Part shown: positions 48,757 to 59,379 of the stretch, piece by piece
How the letters are laid out: each line of letters begins with the position of its first letter
Position numbering within the stretch: position 1 is the stretch's first letter
Source: an uncultured Clostridium sp.
Lineage (GTDB): Bacteria > Bacillota > Clostridia > TANB77 > CAG-508
NCBI GenBank assembly: GCA_947303785.1
Contig: CAMYZH010000003.1
Coordinates: forward strand, 596-64,595
Length of the DNA stretch: 64,000 bases
Reading direction: 5' to 3'
Notes under the pieces: generated by a model
Database searches by the model: none
Told to the model about the DNA's origin: nothing
The model's input: the letters and a program-made list of their open reading frames with translations, nothing else
Translations under genes and position numbers: made by a program

Positions 48757-48788
48757 GAGTGTCAAAAAGGGGCGTCCCGTTTGACACT
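48757..48788. repeat. Palindromic repeat unit in inverted orientation (locus 2b)
   Basis: GAGTGTCAAAAAGGGGCGTCCCGTTTGACACT, abutting the stop codon of the convergent LtaS-like gene. Confidence 0.8.
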
Positions 48789-50707
48789 TACTTGCTAAAC
48801 ATATTGTAATAAATAACTTTCCAGTACTCTTGTAATTTATCATAATATGGAGAGTTTTTATCATTGGCATTAAATCTATTTCCATCTTTATCAATTACAT
48901 AATGATTTGTAATAACAGGAAGTTCTTCCCTTAGTTCCTGAATATATTTTGTATATGAATCTGTTGGCATTCCTGCTGTTTCCAATAGCAAACTTTCCAA
49001 ATAATTTGAACTAGTTTCAATTCCTGATTTTTCTTCTATATCATAATTAGCCCAAATAAAGAAAGGTACAACTTGCATTGCTGTCTCTGTATCATATCCT
49101 TCTCTTACGTGATACCAATAATCTTGATTTACATTTGGTTGATGATCTCCAAAAAATAATAAAATAGTCTTTTCATCATAATTTTTCAAATAATTAATAA
49201 ATCCTTCTAAAGCCTTATCTGCAAAATATTCAGATTGAAAATAACTAATAGCAGCATCATTTTGAGGAACGAATTTATTAACCTCTTCCTTTATATAAAC
49301 ATATGGCATATGATTTTGCATTGTAACAATAAAAGAAAAATTCTTCTCTCCTTTTTCTTTATTGTTCATAATATCATAATAAACATTATATGTTGACTCA
49401 TCAGTTGTATACTGCCCAATTCCATATTGAAGATTTAGCATTTTATCCTTAAATAAAGCATTATCAAAACCAAGTAATTTATATATTTTTTCTCTACTAT
49501 ATCCACTCTTATCCCAAGAATGCATTCCATATGTATTATATCCTAGTTTATTCATATATGAAACAATAGATTGCTTAACATCTTTTGTAACATATTGCTG
49601 ATATGGCATAGACCCTGATGGTAAGAAAGCAGTAGCATTTTGTGTTAAAAATTCATACTCTACATTCGCAGTTCCTCCACCAAATTGTGATGAATGCATT
49701 ACTCCACTAACCACATTTTCCTGTTTAATCAATTCATGAAAATAAGGAATTGGATCTTCATTTAATCCTTCAACATCATATACCATATTCAAATCAGCAA
49801 AAGATTCATTCATAATAACAACTACATTTGGATAATCATTTTCATTATTCCAAAATTCGGTATTTTCAATAATTTTATTAGTATCATCCTCATATTTTGC
49901 AAGCACATTTTGAACTTCCTTAACACTATAATTAGCAGGTTTTTTTACAGAAATATCTTTAGCCATCCTAGCAATTGTAAGCCCTGCACCAGAATTGGCG
50001 TATGCTCTATTTATATTCCAAAGTTCAACATCATCAGTAAAATAATTAGGTCCAACTAATGCAATAATACCTACAAAACCTATTAATACAGTTATTGCTT
50101 TAGCTTTAGTTCCTCTTCCTTCTCTTTTATCTTCTATTTTAACAAACTTAAAAGTAATAAATAAACATCCAATAAAAATAATAGTTGCAATTACAAAATT
50201 TTGATTAATTCCAAGTTTAATACCTTTAGCAACATTTGCTGCTGTTCTAATAGAATATATATCAGAAATAGTAATTGACATGCCTCTTAAATCTGTAACA
50301 ACATAATTTATTACTCCAAATAAAAATGTTACACACATTATAACTGTACATGTAAGTTTAGATCTATTAGTCAACCCATAGATAATCCAGTATATAAAAA
50401 TTAGTAAAAAATAATTTGCAAAAAATTTAGGAAACTTAAAAAAGTCCATAAAGGCAGCACAAAAAGCAGTTGAACGTTCTTTCCAACTACTTTTAAAACC
50501 TAACATTTTGTTAAAATAAACTTCATTTCCATTAAGAAATTCAGATATAAAGTAACACTCTAAAAAAAATAACATTATAAAAATTAATTTCTTATAATCA
50601 ATCTTTTTTAAAACATTTTTAACAAATTGTCCTATTTTTTTTAATTTGTAAAATCTAGTATCATTTCCCTCATTTGTTTCTACAACTACTACTTCTTTAC
50701 TATCCAT
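48788..50707 (-). CDS. LtaS-family sulfatase-like phosphoglycerol transferase (lipoteichoic acid synthase-like)
   Basis: Five N-terminal TM helices plus an extracellular alkaline-phosphatase-superfamily domain; 639 aa. Confidence 0.7.
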   Translation of the reverse strand: MDSKEVVVVETNEGNDTRFYKLKKIGQFVKNVLKKIDYKKLIFIMLFFLECYFISEFLNGNEVYFNKMLGFKSSWKERSTAFCAAFMDFFKFPKFFANYFLLIFIYWIIYGLTNRSKLTCTVIMCVTFLFGVINYVVTDLRGMSITISDIYSIRTAANVAKGIKLGINQNFVIATIIFIGCLFITFKFVKIEDKREGRGTKAKAITVLIGFVGIIALVGPNYFTDDVELWNINRAYANSGAGLTIARMAKDISVKKPANYSVKEVQNVLAKYEDDTNKIIENTEFWNNENDYPNVVVIMNESFADLNMVYDVEGLNEDPIPYFHELIKQENVVSGVMHSSQFGGGTANVEYEFLTQNATAFLPSGSMPYQQYVTKDVKQSIVSYMNKLGYNTYGMHSWDKSGYSREKIYKLLGFDNALFKDKMLNLQYGIGQYTTDESTYNVYYDIMNNKEKGEKNFSFIVTMQNHMPYVYIKEEVNKFVPQNDAAISYFQSEYFADKALEGFINYLKNYDEKTILLFFGDHQPNVNQDYWYHVREGYDTETAMQVVPFFIWANYDIEEKSGIETSSNYLESLLLETAGMPTDSYTKYIQELREELPVITNHYVIDKDGNRFNANDKNSPYYDKLQEYWKVIYYNMFSK

Positions 50708-50718
50708 AACAAATTTTC

Positions 50719-51972
50719 CTAAATATTATTATTTTTCCAATAATCATTATACAATTTTTTTGCTGTTTCTGGGCTATCAACACCCTCTTTATTTTTTATA
50801 GGTGCAAAATCTATCTCCCTTACACCTCTTAAAATTGCAATCTCATCAACATAATTAAATGAATCAAAAATAAAAGTTTCAAACTTATAAGAATTAGGTT
50901 CTTCAGGTTTTACAATTTCAGCATTTTCATTCATATAGCTATTCTTCTTATGTGCCTTATGATATGGTAAATTGGCATTAGCCAATTTATCTAATATATT
51001 AATACTAAATAAATTACACATAATATGAGATTCACCATATATTAGGTCTCCCTCATCATCAACAGCTTCAGCAAGTTCTTCTGGAAGTTCAGAATATTCA
51101 ATTACTCCAACTTTCCCATCTTTCTTACAAATAACTCCAACTCTTTCTTTTGGTCCATTCTTGATTACTGATTTAGTAGCAATATCCACTCCTCTTTGTT
51201 CAGCCAAACCAATTAAAGTAGGATCAGCCATTTTTAATAAAATATTATCAATACTTCCAATAAATACCCATTGTACTCCACGTTTTTTCATATCATCAAG
51301 ACAACCATGGATTTTCATTGACTTAAAAATTCCACCATTTCCATCAGAAGCCTCTTTGATTAATTTATTTTCGCCAATTAATAGTTTTCCATTTTCATCA
51401 ATTAATGGCATTTGACCTTGTTTAAAAAACATGACTCTATCTTTTGGATAATCAAAATAGTTGTTTTCTTCAAAAAACTCAACAATCTCATCATTATTAT
51501 CTGGGCTGGTCATAATATACCAAGGAATTACAACATTATATTTATTATTAGCCCTTTTTAAAGTATCACATACAATCTCAAATAAATACTTTGGCTTTGG
51601 ATCTACATCAATTTTAAAAATACCTTTTGGCCTACTAAATCCAAGTCTAGTTCCTTGGCCTCCAGACATGGTAGCAACAGCAAATTTTCCAGAATTAATA
51701 ATTTCTACACCCAAATTATCTATTATTGATAATTCTTCATTTGATAACTTATTCTTTTTTAGTGCACAAATAGGTTCTATATTTTTTTCTTTTATAGTTT
51801 CATTTTTAGTAAGGTCTTCATATAATTTTTTTATATTATCCATATCCATATTTTCGATTTGTTCAATTATTTTTTTCTTTTCTTCTTCATTAAATTTTTC
51901 CATGATTTTAATAATATGTTCTTGGCCATATTTTTTTAGTTTATTAATATAATTTTCCATGAAATATTTCAT
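50719..51972 (-). CDS. UDPGP-family UDP-sugar pyrophosphorylase (eukaryotic UAP1/AGX-like)
   Basis: VATMSGGQGTRLG nucleotide-binding loop, characteristic of UAP1-type enzymes. Confidence 0.65.
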   Translation of the reverse strand: MKYFMENYINKLKKYGQEHIIKIMEKFNEEEKKKIIEQIENMDMDNIKKLYEDLTKNETIKEKNIEPICALKKNKLSNEELSIIDNLGVEIINSGKFAVATMSGGQGTRLGFSRPKGIFKIDVDPKPKYLFEIVCDTLKRANNKYNVVIPWYIMTSPDNNDEIVEFFEENNYFDYPKDRVMFFKQGQMPLIDENGKLLIGENKLIKEASDGNGGIFKSMKIHGCLDDMKKRGVQWVFIGSIDNILLKMADPTLIGLAEQRGVDIATKSVIKNGPKERVGVICKKDGKVGVIEYSELPEELAEAVDDEGDLIYGESHIMCNLFSINILDKLANANLPYHKAHKKNSYMNENAEIVKPEEPNSYKFETFIFDSFNYVDEIAILRGVREIDFAPIKNKEGVDSPETAKKLYNDYWKNNNI

Positions 51973-52043
51973 CCCCCTATACGTTAATTGTACGTAAAAC
52001 TTTTATTATTATATAATACTTTAACAAAAAAGTAAATACCACA

Positions 52044-52070
52044 AAAAGGCCTCAAAATTGAGGTCTTTTT
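52044..52070. terminator. Bidirectional terminator (aggcctcaa-aa-ttgaggtct)
   Basis: Perfect hairpin with T runs on both strands, downstream of galE. Confidence 0.6.
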
Positions 52071-52115
52071 AACTTATTATACACTTTTCATATAAAAAAC
52101 TAAAGCTCTTTTATG

Positions 52116-53117
52116 CTATTCAATATTATTCTTAGTATATCTCCAAGCATCTCTGCACATCTGCTCTAAATCTCGAGTTGCTACCCAGCCTAATTCATTT
52201 TTTGCTTTAGTAGGATCAGCATAGCAAACCGCAATATCGCCTGGTCTTCTATTAGTAATTTCATATTTTATTTTTATATTATTTGCATCCTCAAAAGCTT
52301 TAACAATATCTAGAACAGAATACCCCTTGCCAGTTCCTAAATTATAAGCTTCTACTCCAGTCATTGTTCTTACTTTATCAACAGCTTTTAAATGTCCTAA
52401 ACTTAAATCGACAACATGAATATAATCTCTAACACCAGTACCATCATGAGTATCATAGTCATTGCCAAAGACATTAAGATGATCAAGTTTTCCAGAAGCA
52501 ACATAATTAATATATGGCATCAAATTATTTGGAATTCCATTAGGATTTTCTCCAATTTCACCACTTTCATGAGCACCAATTGGATTAAAATATCTAAGTA
52601 AAATAACACTCCATTCATTATCTGATCTATATACATCAGTCAATATCTGTTCAATCATAAGCTTAGTCCATCCATATGGATTACTAGCTGAAAGAGGAAA
52701 ATCTTCTCTTATTGGAACAGTTGCTGGATCTCCATAAACCGTTGCAGATGAGCTAAACACTATTTTTTTGCAACCATATTTTCTCATCAAATCAATTAAT
52801 ACTAATGTTCCTGTAACATTATTGTGATAATATTCAATAGGTTTTGCACAAGATTCTCCAACTGCTTTAAAACCTGCAAAATGAATCACTTCTTTAATAT
52901 CATTTTCAATAAATACTTTTTCTAATTCATCTCTATCTAATAAATCTACCTTATAAAACTTAAAATCTTTACCAGATAATTCTTTTATTTTGTCACACAT
53001 TTCAATTTTGCTATTAGAAAGATTATCAACAATAACTATTTCTTCTCCTCTTTTTAATAACTCAATAGAAGTATGACTTCCAATAAATCCAGTTCCTCCA
53101 GTAACTAAAATTGACAT
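52116..53117 (-). CDS. galE: UDP-glucose 4-epimerase
   Basis: [11 protein letters not shown] motif, the YxxxK catalytic motif context and the GalE-like C-terminus. Confidence 0.85.
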   Translation of the reverse strand: MSILVTGGTGFIGSHTSIELLKRGEEIVIVDNLSNSKIEMCDKIKELSGKDFKFYKVDLLDRDELEKVFIENDIKEVIHFAGFKAVGESCAKPIEYYHNNVTGTLVLIDLMRKYGCKKIVFSSSATVYGDPATVPIREDFPLSASNPYGWTKLMIEQILTDVYRSDNEWSVILLRYFNPIGAHESGEIGENPNGIPNNLMPYINYVASGKLDHLNVFGNDYDTHDGTGVRDYIHVVDLSLGHLKAVDKVRTMTGVEAYNLGTGKGYSVLDIVKAFEDANNIKIKYEITNRRPGDIAVCYADPTKAKNELGWVATRDLEQMCRDAWRYTKNNIE

Positions 53118-53118
53118 T

Positions 53119-54972
53119 TTAATCTCCCTTCTTCTTTTTTAATATTTTCATTGAATTTATAATAGCAATAACAGTAACACCAACATCGGCAAAAACTGCA
53201 AGCCACATATTTGAATAGCCTATCGTGCTTAAACATAAAACTATTATTTTTACAAATAATGCAAATAAAATATTTTGTTTTACTGTTTTCATAGTCTGTT
53301 TAGATATTTTAACAGCATCTACAATTTTTGTAAGCTCATCTGTCATAATAACCACATCTGCAGCTTCAATTGCAGCATCTGATCCAATTCCTCCCATAGC
53401 AATTCCAACATCTGCACGTGCAAGACATGGACTATCATTTACACCATCACCAACAAAAATAACCTTTCCTTTTCCCTTATCAATAATTTTTTCTAATTCT
53501 ATCAATTTTTCATCTGGTAACAGTTTTGCTTTAAAATCCTTTATTCCTGCCTCTTTTGCCATATATTTAGCAATACTTTCTTCATCACCTGTAGCCATAA
53601 AAGTGTGTTTTATACCAATTTTCTTTAAATTCTTAATTGCATCTTTTGCATCTGGTTTTATTTGATCAGAAATTAAAATATAACCTTTATATTCTCCATT
53701 AATCGCAAGATATACAATAGTTCCCACTTCATTTATTTGCTTAAATTTAATATTATTTTCCTTCATTAAATCAGCATTACCTATTAATGTATCACTAAAA
53801 AATACTCTTGCATGTATTCCTTTTCCTGTAATTTCTTCAAGTTCTTCTATTTTATTTTCATCATATTTTCCATTATACATATTTTTTATTGAAATCGCAA
53901 TTGGGTGATTTGAAAATTTTTCACAATGTGCTGCAATTCTGATAAATTCCTGTTTCGAAATATCACGAACTTCAATTTTTTGAATTTCAAAAACTCCTTT
54001 TGTTATAGTCCCTGTTTTATCAAAAACAATATATTTAGATTTTGATAAAGTTTCAATATAATTACTTCCTTTAATTAAAATTCCATTTTTTGAAGCTTTT
54101 CCTATTCCTGAAAAAAATCCAAGAGGTACAGAAATAACTAATGCACATGGGCAGGAAATAACTAAAAAAGTTAATGATCTATAAATCCAAACAGTAATAT
54201 CATTTTTTAATATTAACCATGGAATAAAAGCTAAGCATACAGCAAGTAAACAAACTATTGGTGTATAAAATTTTGCAAATTTAGTAATAAATCTCTCGGT
54301 ATGAGCTTTTTTAGATGTAGCCTCTTCAACAAGTTCTAAAATCTTGCTAACCGTTGAATCTTCAAATTTTTTAGTAACCTCAATTTCAATAACACTATTT
54401 AAATCGATGGAACCGCTGTATATAATATCATTTTCTGATACATTGATTGGAACAGCTTCTCCTGTAATCATTTTAGTATCAATCATAGCCTTTCCACGAA
54501 CTACAATCCCATCTAAAGGAACTTTTTCTCCTGGTTGTACGATAATTCTTTCCCCAATTTCCACCTCACTTGGGTCTACACGTTTAGTTTTCTTATTTTT
54601 ATAAATATTAGCATATTCTGGTTTTAATTTTATTAACTCTTTTATTGAATTTCTAGAATTACCAACAGCAATTCTTTGAAATTCTTCACCCATTTGGTAT
54701 AAGAACATTACAGCAATAGCTTCTGGAAATTCATTTATACAAATTGCTCCTATGGTTGCAACACACATTAAAAAGTTCTCGTCAAAAATTTCTCCTTTGA
54801 ATATATTTTTTATAGCTTTTAGAATAATATCAAAAGCAATAATTATATATGAAATTCCAAATAATATTAACCTAATAATTTCTTTATATGGAATCTCAAA
54901 ATATACTAAAATTAATGAAGAAATCGCAAATATAAGACAAATTGCTGATCTAATAATATATCTTTTATTCAT
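53119..54972 (-). CDS. cadA: Cd/Zn/Co-type heavy-metal translocating P1B-ATPase (no fused HMA domain)
   Basis: CPC in TM6, DKTGTIT, HP motif and [10 protein letters not shown] segment. Confidence 0.9.
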   Translation of the reverse strand: MNKRYIIRSAICLIFAISSLILVYFEIPYKEIIRLILFGISYIIIAFDIILKAIKNIFKGEIFDENFLMCVATIGAICINEFPEAIAVMFLYQMGEEFQRIAVGNSRNSIKELIKLKPEYANIYKNKKTKRVDPSEVEIGERIIVQPGEKVPLDGIVVRGKAMIDTKMITGEAVPINVSENDIIYSGSIDLNSVIEIEVTKKFEDSTVSKILELVEEATSKKAHTERFITKFAKFYTPIVCLLAVCLAFIPWLILKNDITVWIYRSLTFLVISCPCALVISVPLGFFSGIGKASKNGILIKGSNYIETLSKSKYIVFDKTGTITKGVFEIQKIEVRDISKQEFIRIAAHCEKFSNHPIAISIKNMYNGKYDENKIEELEEITGKGIHARVFFSDTLIGNADLMKENNIKFKQINEVGTIVYLAINGEYKGYILISDQIKPDAKDAIKNLKKIGIKHTFMATGDEESIAKYMAKEAGIKDFKAKLLPDEKLIELEKIIDKGKGKVIFVGDGVNDSPCLARADVGIAMGGIGSDAAIEAADVVIMTDELTKIVDAVKISKQTMKTVKQNILFALFVKIIVLCLSTIGYSNMWLAVFADVGVTVIAIINSMKILKKKKGD

Positions 54973-54989
54973 GGGAAATATCCTCCAAA

Positions 54990-55214
54990 TTATTTAATAG
55001 TAGCATCAGGCTCTATTTTATTTACAATCTTCTCAACATCTTTCATAACCTTAAGTGCATCTTCTTCAGAAAAACTACTAAATTCTATTGTTAATTTCTC
55101 CATCATAAAATTTAATGTTGCTTCCTTAACTCCGTCTAATTTGTTAATTCTTTCTTCTATTTTTGCTGCACAATTTGCACAATCAATATTTTTAATTGAA
55201 AATGATTTTTTCAT
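54990..55214 (-). CDS. Heavy-metal-associated (HMA) domain metallochaperone
   Basis: CANC metal-binding motif in a 74-aa ferredoxin-like protein. Confidence 0.75.
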   Translation of the reverse strand: MKKSFSIKNIDCANCAAKIEERINKLDGVKEATLNFMMEKLTIEFSSFSEEDALKVMKDVEKIVNKIEPDATIK

Positions 55215-55582
55215 ATATTCTCCCTCTTTTCTAAAACATGTTCTAATGCCATTTCAAAAACAATCTTTACATGTTCATCATTTAAAGAATAAATAACCAT
55301 TTTCCCATCTTTTTTATATTTAACTAAATTTGCTTCCCTTAAAATCTTTAATTGATGTGATATTGCAGATTTTGTCATTCCAAGCAGTTGAGCTAAATCA
55401 CATACACACATTGATTCTTTATCTAAAGCCCACATAATTTTTGCTCTAGTACTATCTCCCAGTATTTTAAAAAAATCAGAAACATCAAATAAAATATTTT
55501 CCTCAAGCATCTGTTTTCTTACATTTTCAATAATTTCCTCATGTAAAACATCACATTCTTGATCTTCCATTTTATCCTCCAT
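55211..55582 (-). CDS. cadC: ArsR/SmtB-family metalloregulator (CadC-like)
   Basis: HTH segment CVCDLAQLLGMTKSAISHQLKIL with the CVC metal-sensing motif. Confidence 0.85.
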   Translation of the reverse strand: MEDKMEDQECDVLHEEIIENVRKQMLEENILFDVSDFFKILGDSTRAKIMWALDKESMCVCDLAQLLGMTKSAISHQLKILREANLVKYKKDGKMVIYSLNDEHVKIVFEMALEHVLEKRENI

Positions 55583-55717
55583 TTAACTATTTATTCTTTA
55601 TATGAAAATTATAGTTGAACAGATATTCAACTGTCAATATGTTTAACACAAATGTAACAAAAAAACCTAAAACATTAAACACAAATTGTTTAACATTTTA
55701 GGTCTTTTTTATATTTT

Positions 55718-56326
55718 CTATTCTGGTAAGATTTTAATTGTGTAATAAAAATATCTTTCTTCTCCATTTACTAGATAAGAAATACTTGTTGTCAAATGTG
55801 TTGGTGAAGATATTTTGCTTAAATCTACTGATAAGCTTTGTTTATAAATTCCGCTACTTTTATATTTTATACTAGATGATACAGAACTAGAATTATTAGA
55901 AATAGCTCCATTCGAATCTAATATTTCATATTTAGCAGTTTTCCCCTCTGTATAATTATATTTTCCAGAATTATTATTATTCATAAGAATAGTAATACCA
56001 ATTGTCGATTTTCCATAATTTCTTTTTACTCTAATTGTAGATGTTAGCTTATTATCTGTTAATACATCTGATTCAAATTCCAAATTTGTAAGCAATCCAA
56101 CTCCAGTCATTGTTTCATATCTTCCAAACAAACTATTTAATCCAATTTCCAGTTTTTTATCTTCTAATGTATTAATTAGTTCCACATTTCCATTTATATT
56201 TAATTTGGATTGCCACAGCGAATATCCAGTACTCATAAAAATTATAACTATAATAACTATAACTATAATTAAAAGCAATTTTACTGGACTTTTAGTATTT
56301 CGTCTAAGTTTATAATTTTTACCCAT
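55718..56326 (-). CDS. Secreted or membrane-anchored beta-rich protein (possible SipW-type substrate)
   Basis: N-terminal KLLLIIVIV...STGYSLW region resembles a SipW-cognate signal peptide. Confidence 0.4.
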   Translation of the reverse strand: MGKNYKLRRNTKSPVKLLLIIVIVIIVIIFMSTGYSLWQSKLNINGNVELINTLEDKKLEIGLNSLFGRYETMTGVGLLTNLEFESDVLTDNKLTSTIRVKRNYGKSTIGITILMNNNNSGKYNYTEGKTAKYEILDSNGAISNNSSSVSSSIKYKSSGIYKQSLSVDLSKISSPTHLTTSISYLVNGEERYFYYTIKILPE

Positions 56327-56339
56327 TTAAACCCCATTT

Positions 56340-57401
56340 TCATCTTTTTAATATAAATCTATATATAGTATTATCTCCTAAAACACAAAACCAAGTTTCT
56401 TCTTCATTTTCATTATTCCAATACAATATTGGTTTAAACAATTCTTCAGAAACTTTTAATACTTCTTCAAATTCTCTAACATTAACTAACTTTTGTCCTT
56501 CAACATCTATTCTAGAGTTTGTTTCAACTAGTTTTTCCTCACAACCTTTAATAATCTTGTTTAATTCTATTTTGTATTCATTTCTAACAGTATTACTATT
56601 TTCAGTTTTAATTAATAATACTATTATTAAAACTAAAGAAATAGTCAATGTCACGGTAACAATGCTTCTTTTAGCCAAATCAGTTTCATTATTTTCTTGA
56701 ACCATTTTGGTGATTACTTGAGGTCTTGCAGAATCTTTGACATTTGAAGAAACAGTAGTAATTTTAGAGCCTATCTCAAAAACAATGTCAGGAGAATAGA
56801 CATTAGTAACTTCCTTTCCAAGTACATTTGTAGTTGAAGTAATTCCCATATACACTGTATATTTAGCGTTAACCTGCATTCCTAATTCTTCTTGGAATGC
56901 CTTTATAGTATCAATATTATTTTTAATATTCAAATTAATAGTTTGATCTATTTCAAAATTATCAGATTCAACACTTAATTCTGTCATAGGTACTATAACA
57001 TCTGTCTTTTTCCATACTTTCTGCTCTTGTCCATCCTTTGTATATGTAGCCTCTAAGAAACCATTAATCTGATATGTATATTTAATATCAGAAGATTGAT
57101 TTGCAACATATTGATATTTCATGTTAATATCAACATTATCCATTAAATCAGTTATAAAAACATTATCTTCTCCAACATTATCTTTATCTATATAGCTATT
57201 TTCAACCATATTCACATCATATGTATATGATGATTTATTATTATATTCATATATACTAGCTTTAATATAGCTTTTTTTGTTTGCAGAATTAAAAGAATTA
57301 TATAAAACTACTATTGACATTATTATGATAGCTAGAAGAATAATTAAATACGTATTTCTGACTGACTTCCTTATTTTGACCTTTCTTTTGTTTTTTTTCA
57401 T
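56340..57401 (-). CDS. Bitopic membrane protein (two TM helices with a large extracytoplasmic domain)
   Basis: TM helices at about residues 18-40 and 255-275. Confidence 0.4.
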   Translation of the reverse strand: MKKNKRKVKIRKSVRNTYLIILLAIIIMSIVVLYNSFNSANKKSYIKASIYEYNNKSSYTYDVNMVENSYIDKDNVGEDNVFITDLMDNVDINMKYQYVANQSSDIKYTYQINGFLEATYTKDGQEQKVWKKTDVIVPMTELSVESDNFEIDQTINLNIKNNIDTIKAFQEELGMQVNAKYTVYMGITSTTNVLGKEVTNVYSPDIVFEIGSKITTVSSNVKDSARPQVITKMVQENNETDLAKRSIVTVTLTISLVLIIVLLIKTENSNTVRNEYKIELNKIIKGCEEKLVETNSRIDVEGQKLVNVREFEEVLKVSEELFKPILYWNNENEEETWFCVLGDNTIYRFILKR

Positions 57402-57427
57402 AATCTTTTCCTCTTTCGTTTATTCTT

Positions 57428-58606
57428 TTAAACTCCTTTTTCAATACTTGAAGTATCTGGTCCTTTTATAATACCACTATTATTTAACCAAACTGCTGGC
57501 AACCCAAGATACCTGATAGAAAATAATTGTTTTGCAATTATTTGTTCTTCAGCAACAGGATTAAAATCTGCAGATTGATTATTATCTCCTTTTGTAATTA
57601 AATAACACTTTCCATCTTCATAATATTTTGAAATAACTCTATGAATAACAGTAAAATCATCTTTCTGATATTGAATGATATCTCCAACTTCAATTTCATC
57701 AGATGTACATTTCTTTAGAATTGCAACATCTCCAACCATCAATGTATTTTCCATACTTCCAGTAGCTATTGCAACAGGTCTAATTGGAAATATTCCAATT
57801 CCAAACCAAAGCATAATAACTATAGAAACCACTAAAGGTATTAAAGACTTGGGATTACTAGTAGTTTCTACTTGTTTTTTCTCTTTTCTCAAATTTTCTC
57901 GAACTTTAAGATAATGAACATACGCAAAAAGGACAGCAGACACTGAAACTTCCACAAATGTGGACATAATCCAAGAAATTTTTGGTAATATTGGTGAAAT
58001 AAACCAAAATGAAGTGGTAATTGTTCTATATACTATTGCAGGTCTATATGATTTATTCATTGCAATATATGTACATAAAACATTTTCCAAAACAACTGGT
58101 AAAAGTGTTGCAATCAAAAATTTAAGCCATGCTTTACCAACTAATTCATCAAAAGTACCAATGTCTATAAAAACAAAAACACAAGTTACAAGTAAAGCTA
58201 TAAAGGACTTATCTTTTTCATAGACATTATTTATTAACTTAAATCTTATATATTCTTTTGCTATAATTGGCAATATATATACAAATCCATTTATTATTAT
58301 TCCAATAGGTGTAGTAGAATATGGATTTTTTCCTATCTCTAAAAAGAGCTCTGATAATATAAAAATACCAATATTTACTAAAGATGCTATTAAAGCATAT
58401 TCTGTGACCTTACTTCTAATTTTAACATTCTCACTTGAAGGTGCAGTAAAGAACTTTGCAAAAATCACAAAAACAATCCAAAATAGCGGATTAACAACCA
58501 AGGAGTACATTGTTCCATACCCTTTTATCGTGTAATTCGCTATCATGGAGTACATAGCCAATATTATAAGCATAAAAATAGTATTTCTTATTGACTTTTG
58601 TAACAT
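57428..58606 (-). CDS. Signal peptidase I of SipW/Sec11 (ER-type) class fused to a ~250-aa N-terminal polytopic membrane domain
   Basis: GSMENTL box and VIHRVI His box (Ser-His dyad type) plus KGDNN, preceded by about 8 TM helices. Confidence 0.7.
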   Translation of the reverse strand: MLQKSIRNTIFMLIILAMYSMIANYTIKGYGTMYSLVVNPLFWIVFVIFAKFFTAPSSENVKIRSKVTEYALIASLVNIGIFILSELFLEIGKNPYSTTPIGIIINGFVYILPIIAKEYIRFKLINNVYEKDKSFIALLVTCVFVFIDIGTFDELVGKAWLKFLIATLLPVVLENVLCTYIAMNKSYRPAIVYRTITTSFWFISPILPKISWIMSTFVEVSVSAVLFAYVHYLKVRENLRKEKKQVETTSNPKSLIPLVVSIVIMLWFGIGIFPIRPVAIATGSMENTLMVGDVAILKKCTSDEIEVGDIIQYQKDDFTVIHRVISKYYEDGKCYLITKGDNNQSADFNPVAEEQIIAKQLFSIRYLGLPAVWLNNSGIIKGPDTSSIEKGV

Positions 58607-58675
58607 ATATTTCTCTTTTCACTTTTATTTGAGTATTTATTAAATCTTATTTTTTTACAAAATCAAAGATTTATT

Positions 58676-59209
58676 TTACCCATTAAACTCAGTTGTAGAT
58701 TGTGAATATAATAATTCTATATCAAAATCAGCATTTGCTTTTTCAACTATAGAAGATGTTTTCCATTTTACAGTAAAACTAAATGATGTAGATTCATCTG
58801 GTTGTAACACTTCTTGAGAAACATTATCAGGAATTAAAACTTCAATTTCGCTATTTGAAAAAGAAGTAGTTGTTCCTTTATTATAAAGTTTAAATCCATC
58901 TAATTTAGCTGGAACTGTTCCACCATTTTTTATATATGCTGTAACTGTACATCCATCGCCTGGATATGTAAGTTTAACGCTTACATTAAGCTTAGTAGGA
59001 TCATCTGTACTAACTTTAGCATCACCATGGTCAGGTGATGTTACTGTTCCATTTGTAAATACAACAGAGAATTTTCCTTCCGCATCAGCACTTCCTGATA
59101 TATTTAAAACTTGATTAAATGCTGCATATCCAATTGCTAAAGCTAATAACAAAACAATTAGTGCAACTACAATTACTTTTGATTTGTTTTTCATATTTTT
59201 CCTCCTCAA
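58676..59209 (-). CDS. TasA/camelysin-like secreted protein with a SipW-cognate-class signal peptide
   Basis: KVIVVALIVLLLALAIGYAAFNQ resembles the TIGR04088-type signal (…GTxAxF). The mature domain is beta-rich. Confidence 0.5.
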   Translation of the reverse strand: MRRKNMKNKSKVIVVALIVLLLALAIGYAAFNQVLNISGSADAEGKFSVVFTNGTVTSPDHGDAKVSTDDPTKLNVSVKLTYPGDGCTVTAYIKNGGTVPAKLDGFKLYNKGTTTSFSNSEIEVLIPDNVSQEVLQPDESTSFSFTVKWKTSSIVEKANADFDIELLYSQSTTEFNG

Positions 59210-59379
59210 ATCTTTTTTGATAAATTGAGTATAGCATATGTAGTTTAAAATTTTAAGTCTTTTGTGTTTCTTTTTGATTACAATTGTGTTACATTTGTAT
59301 TTTTTTATTTTATGTAATTTACGAATTATTTCATATATATTATAATATTAATATAATTAATTAATTGAGGTAATTACAA

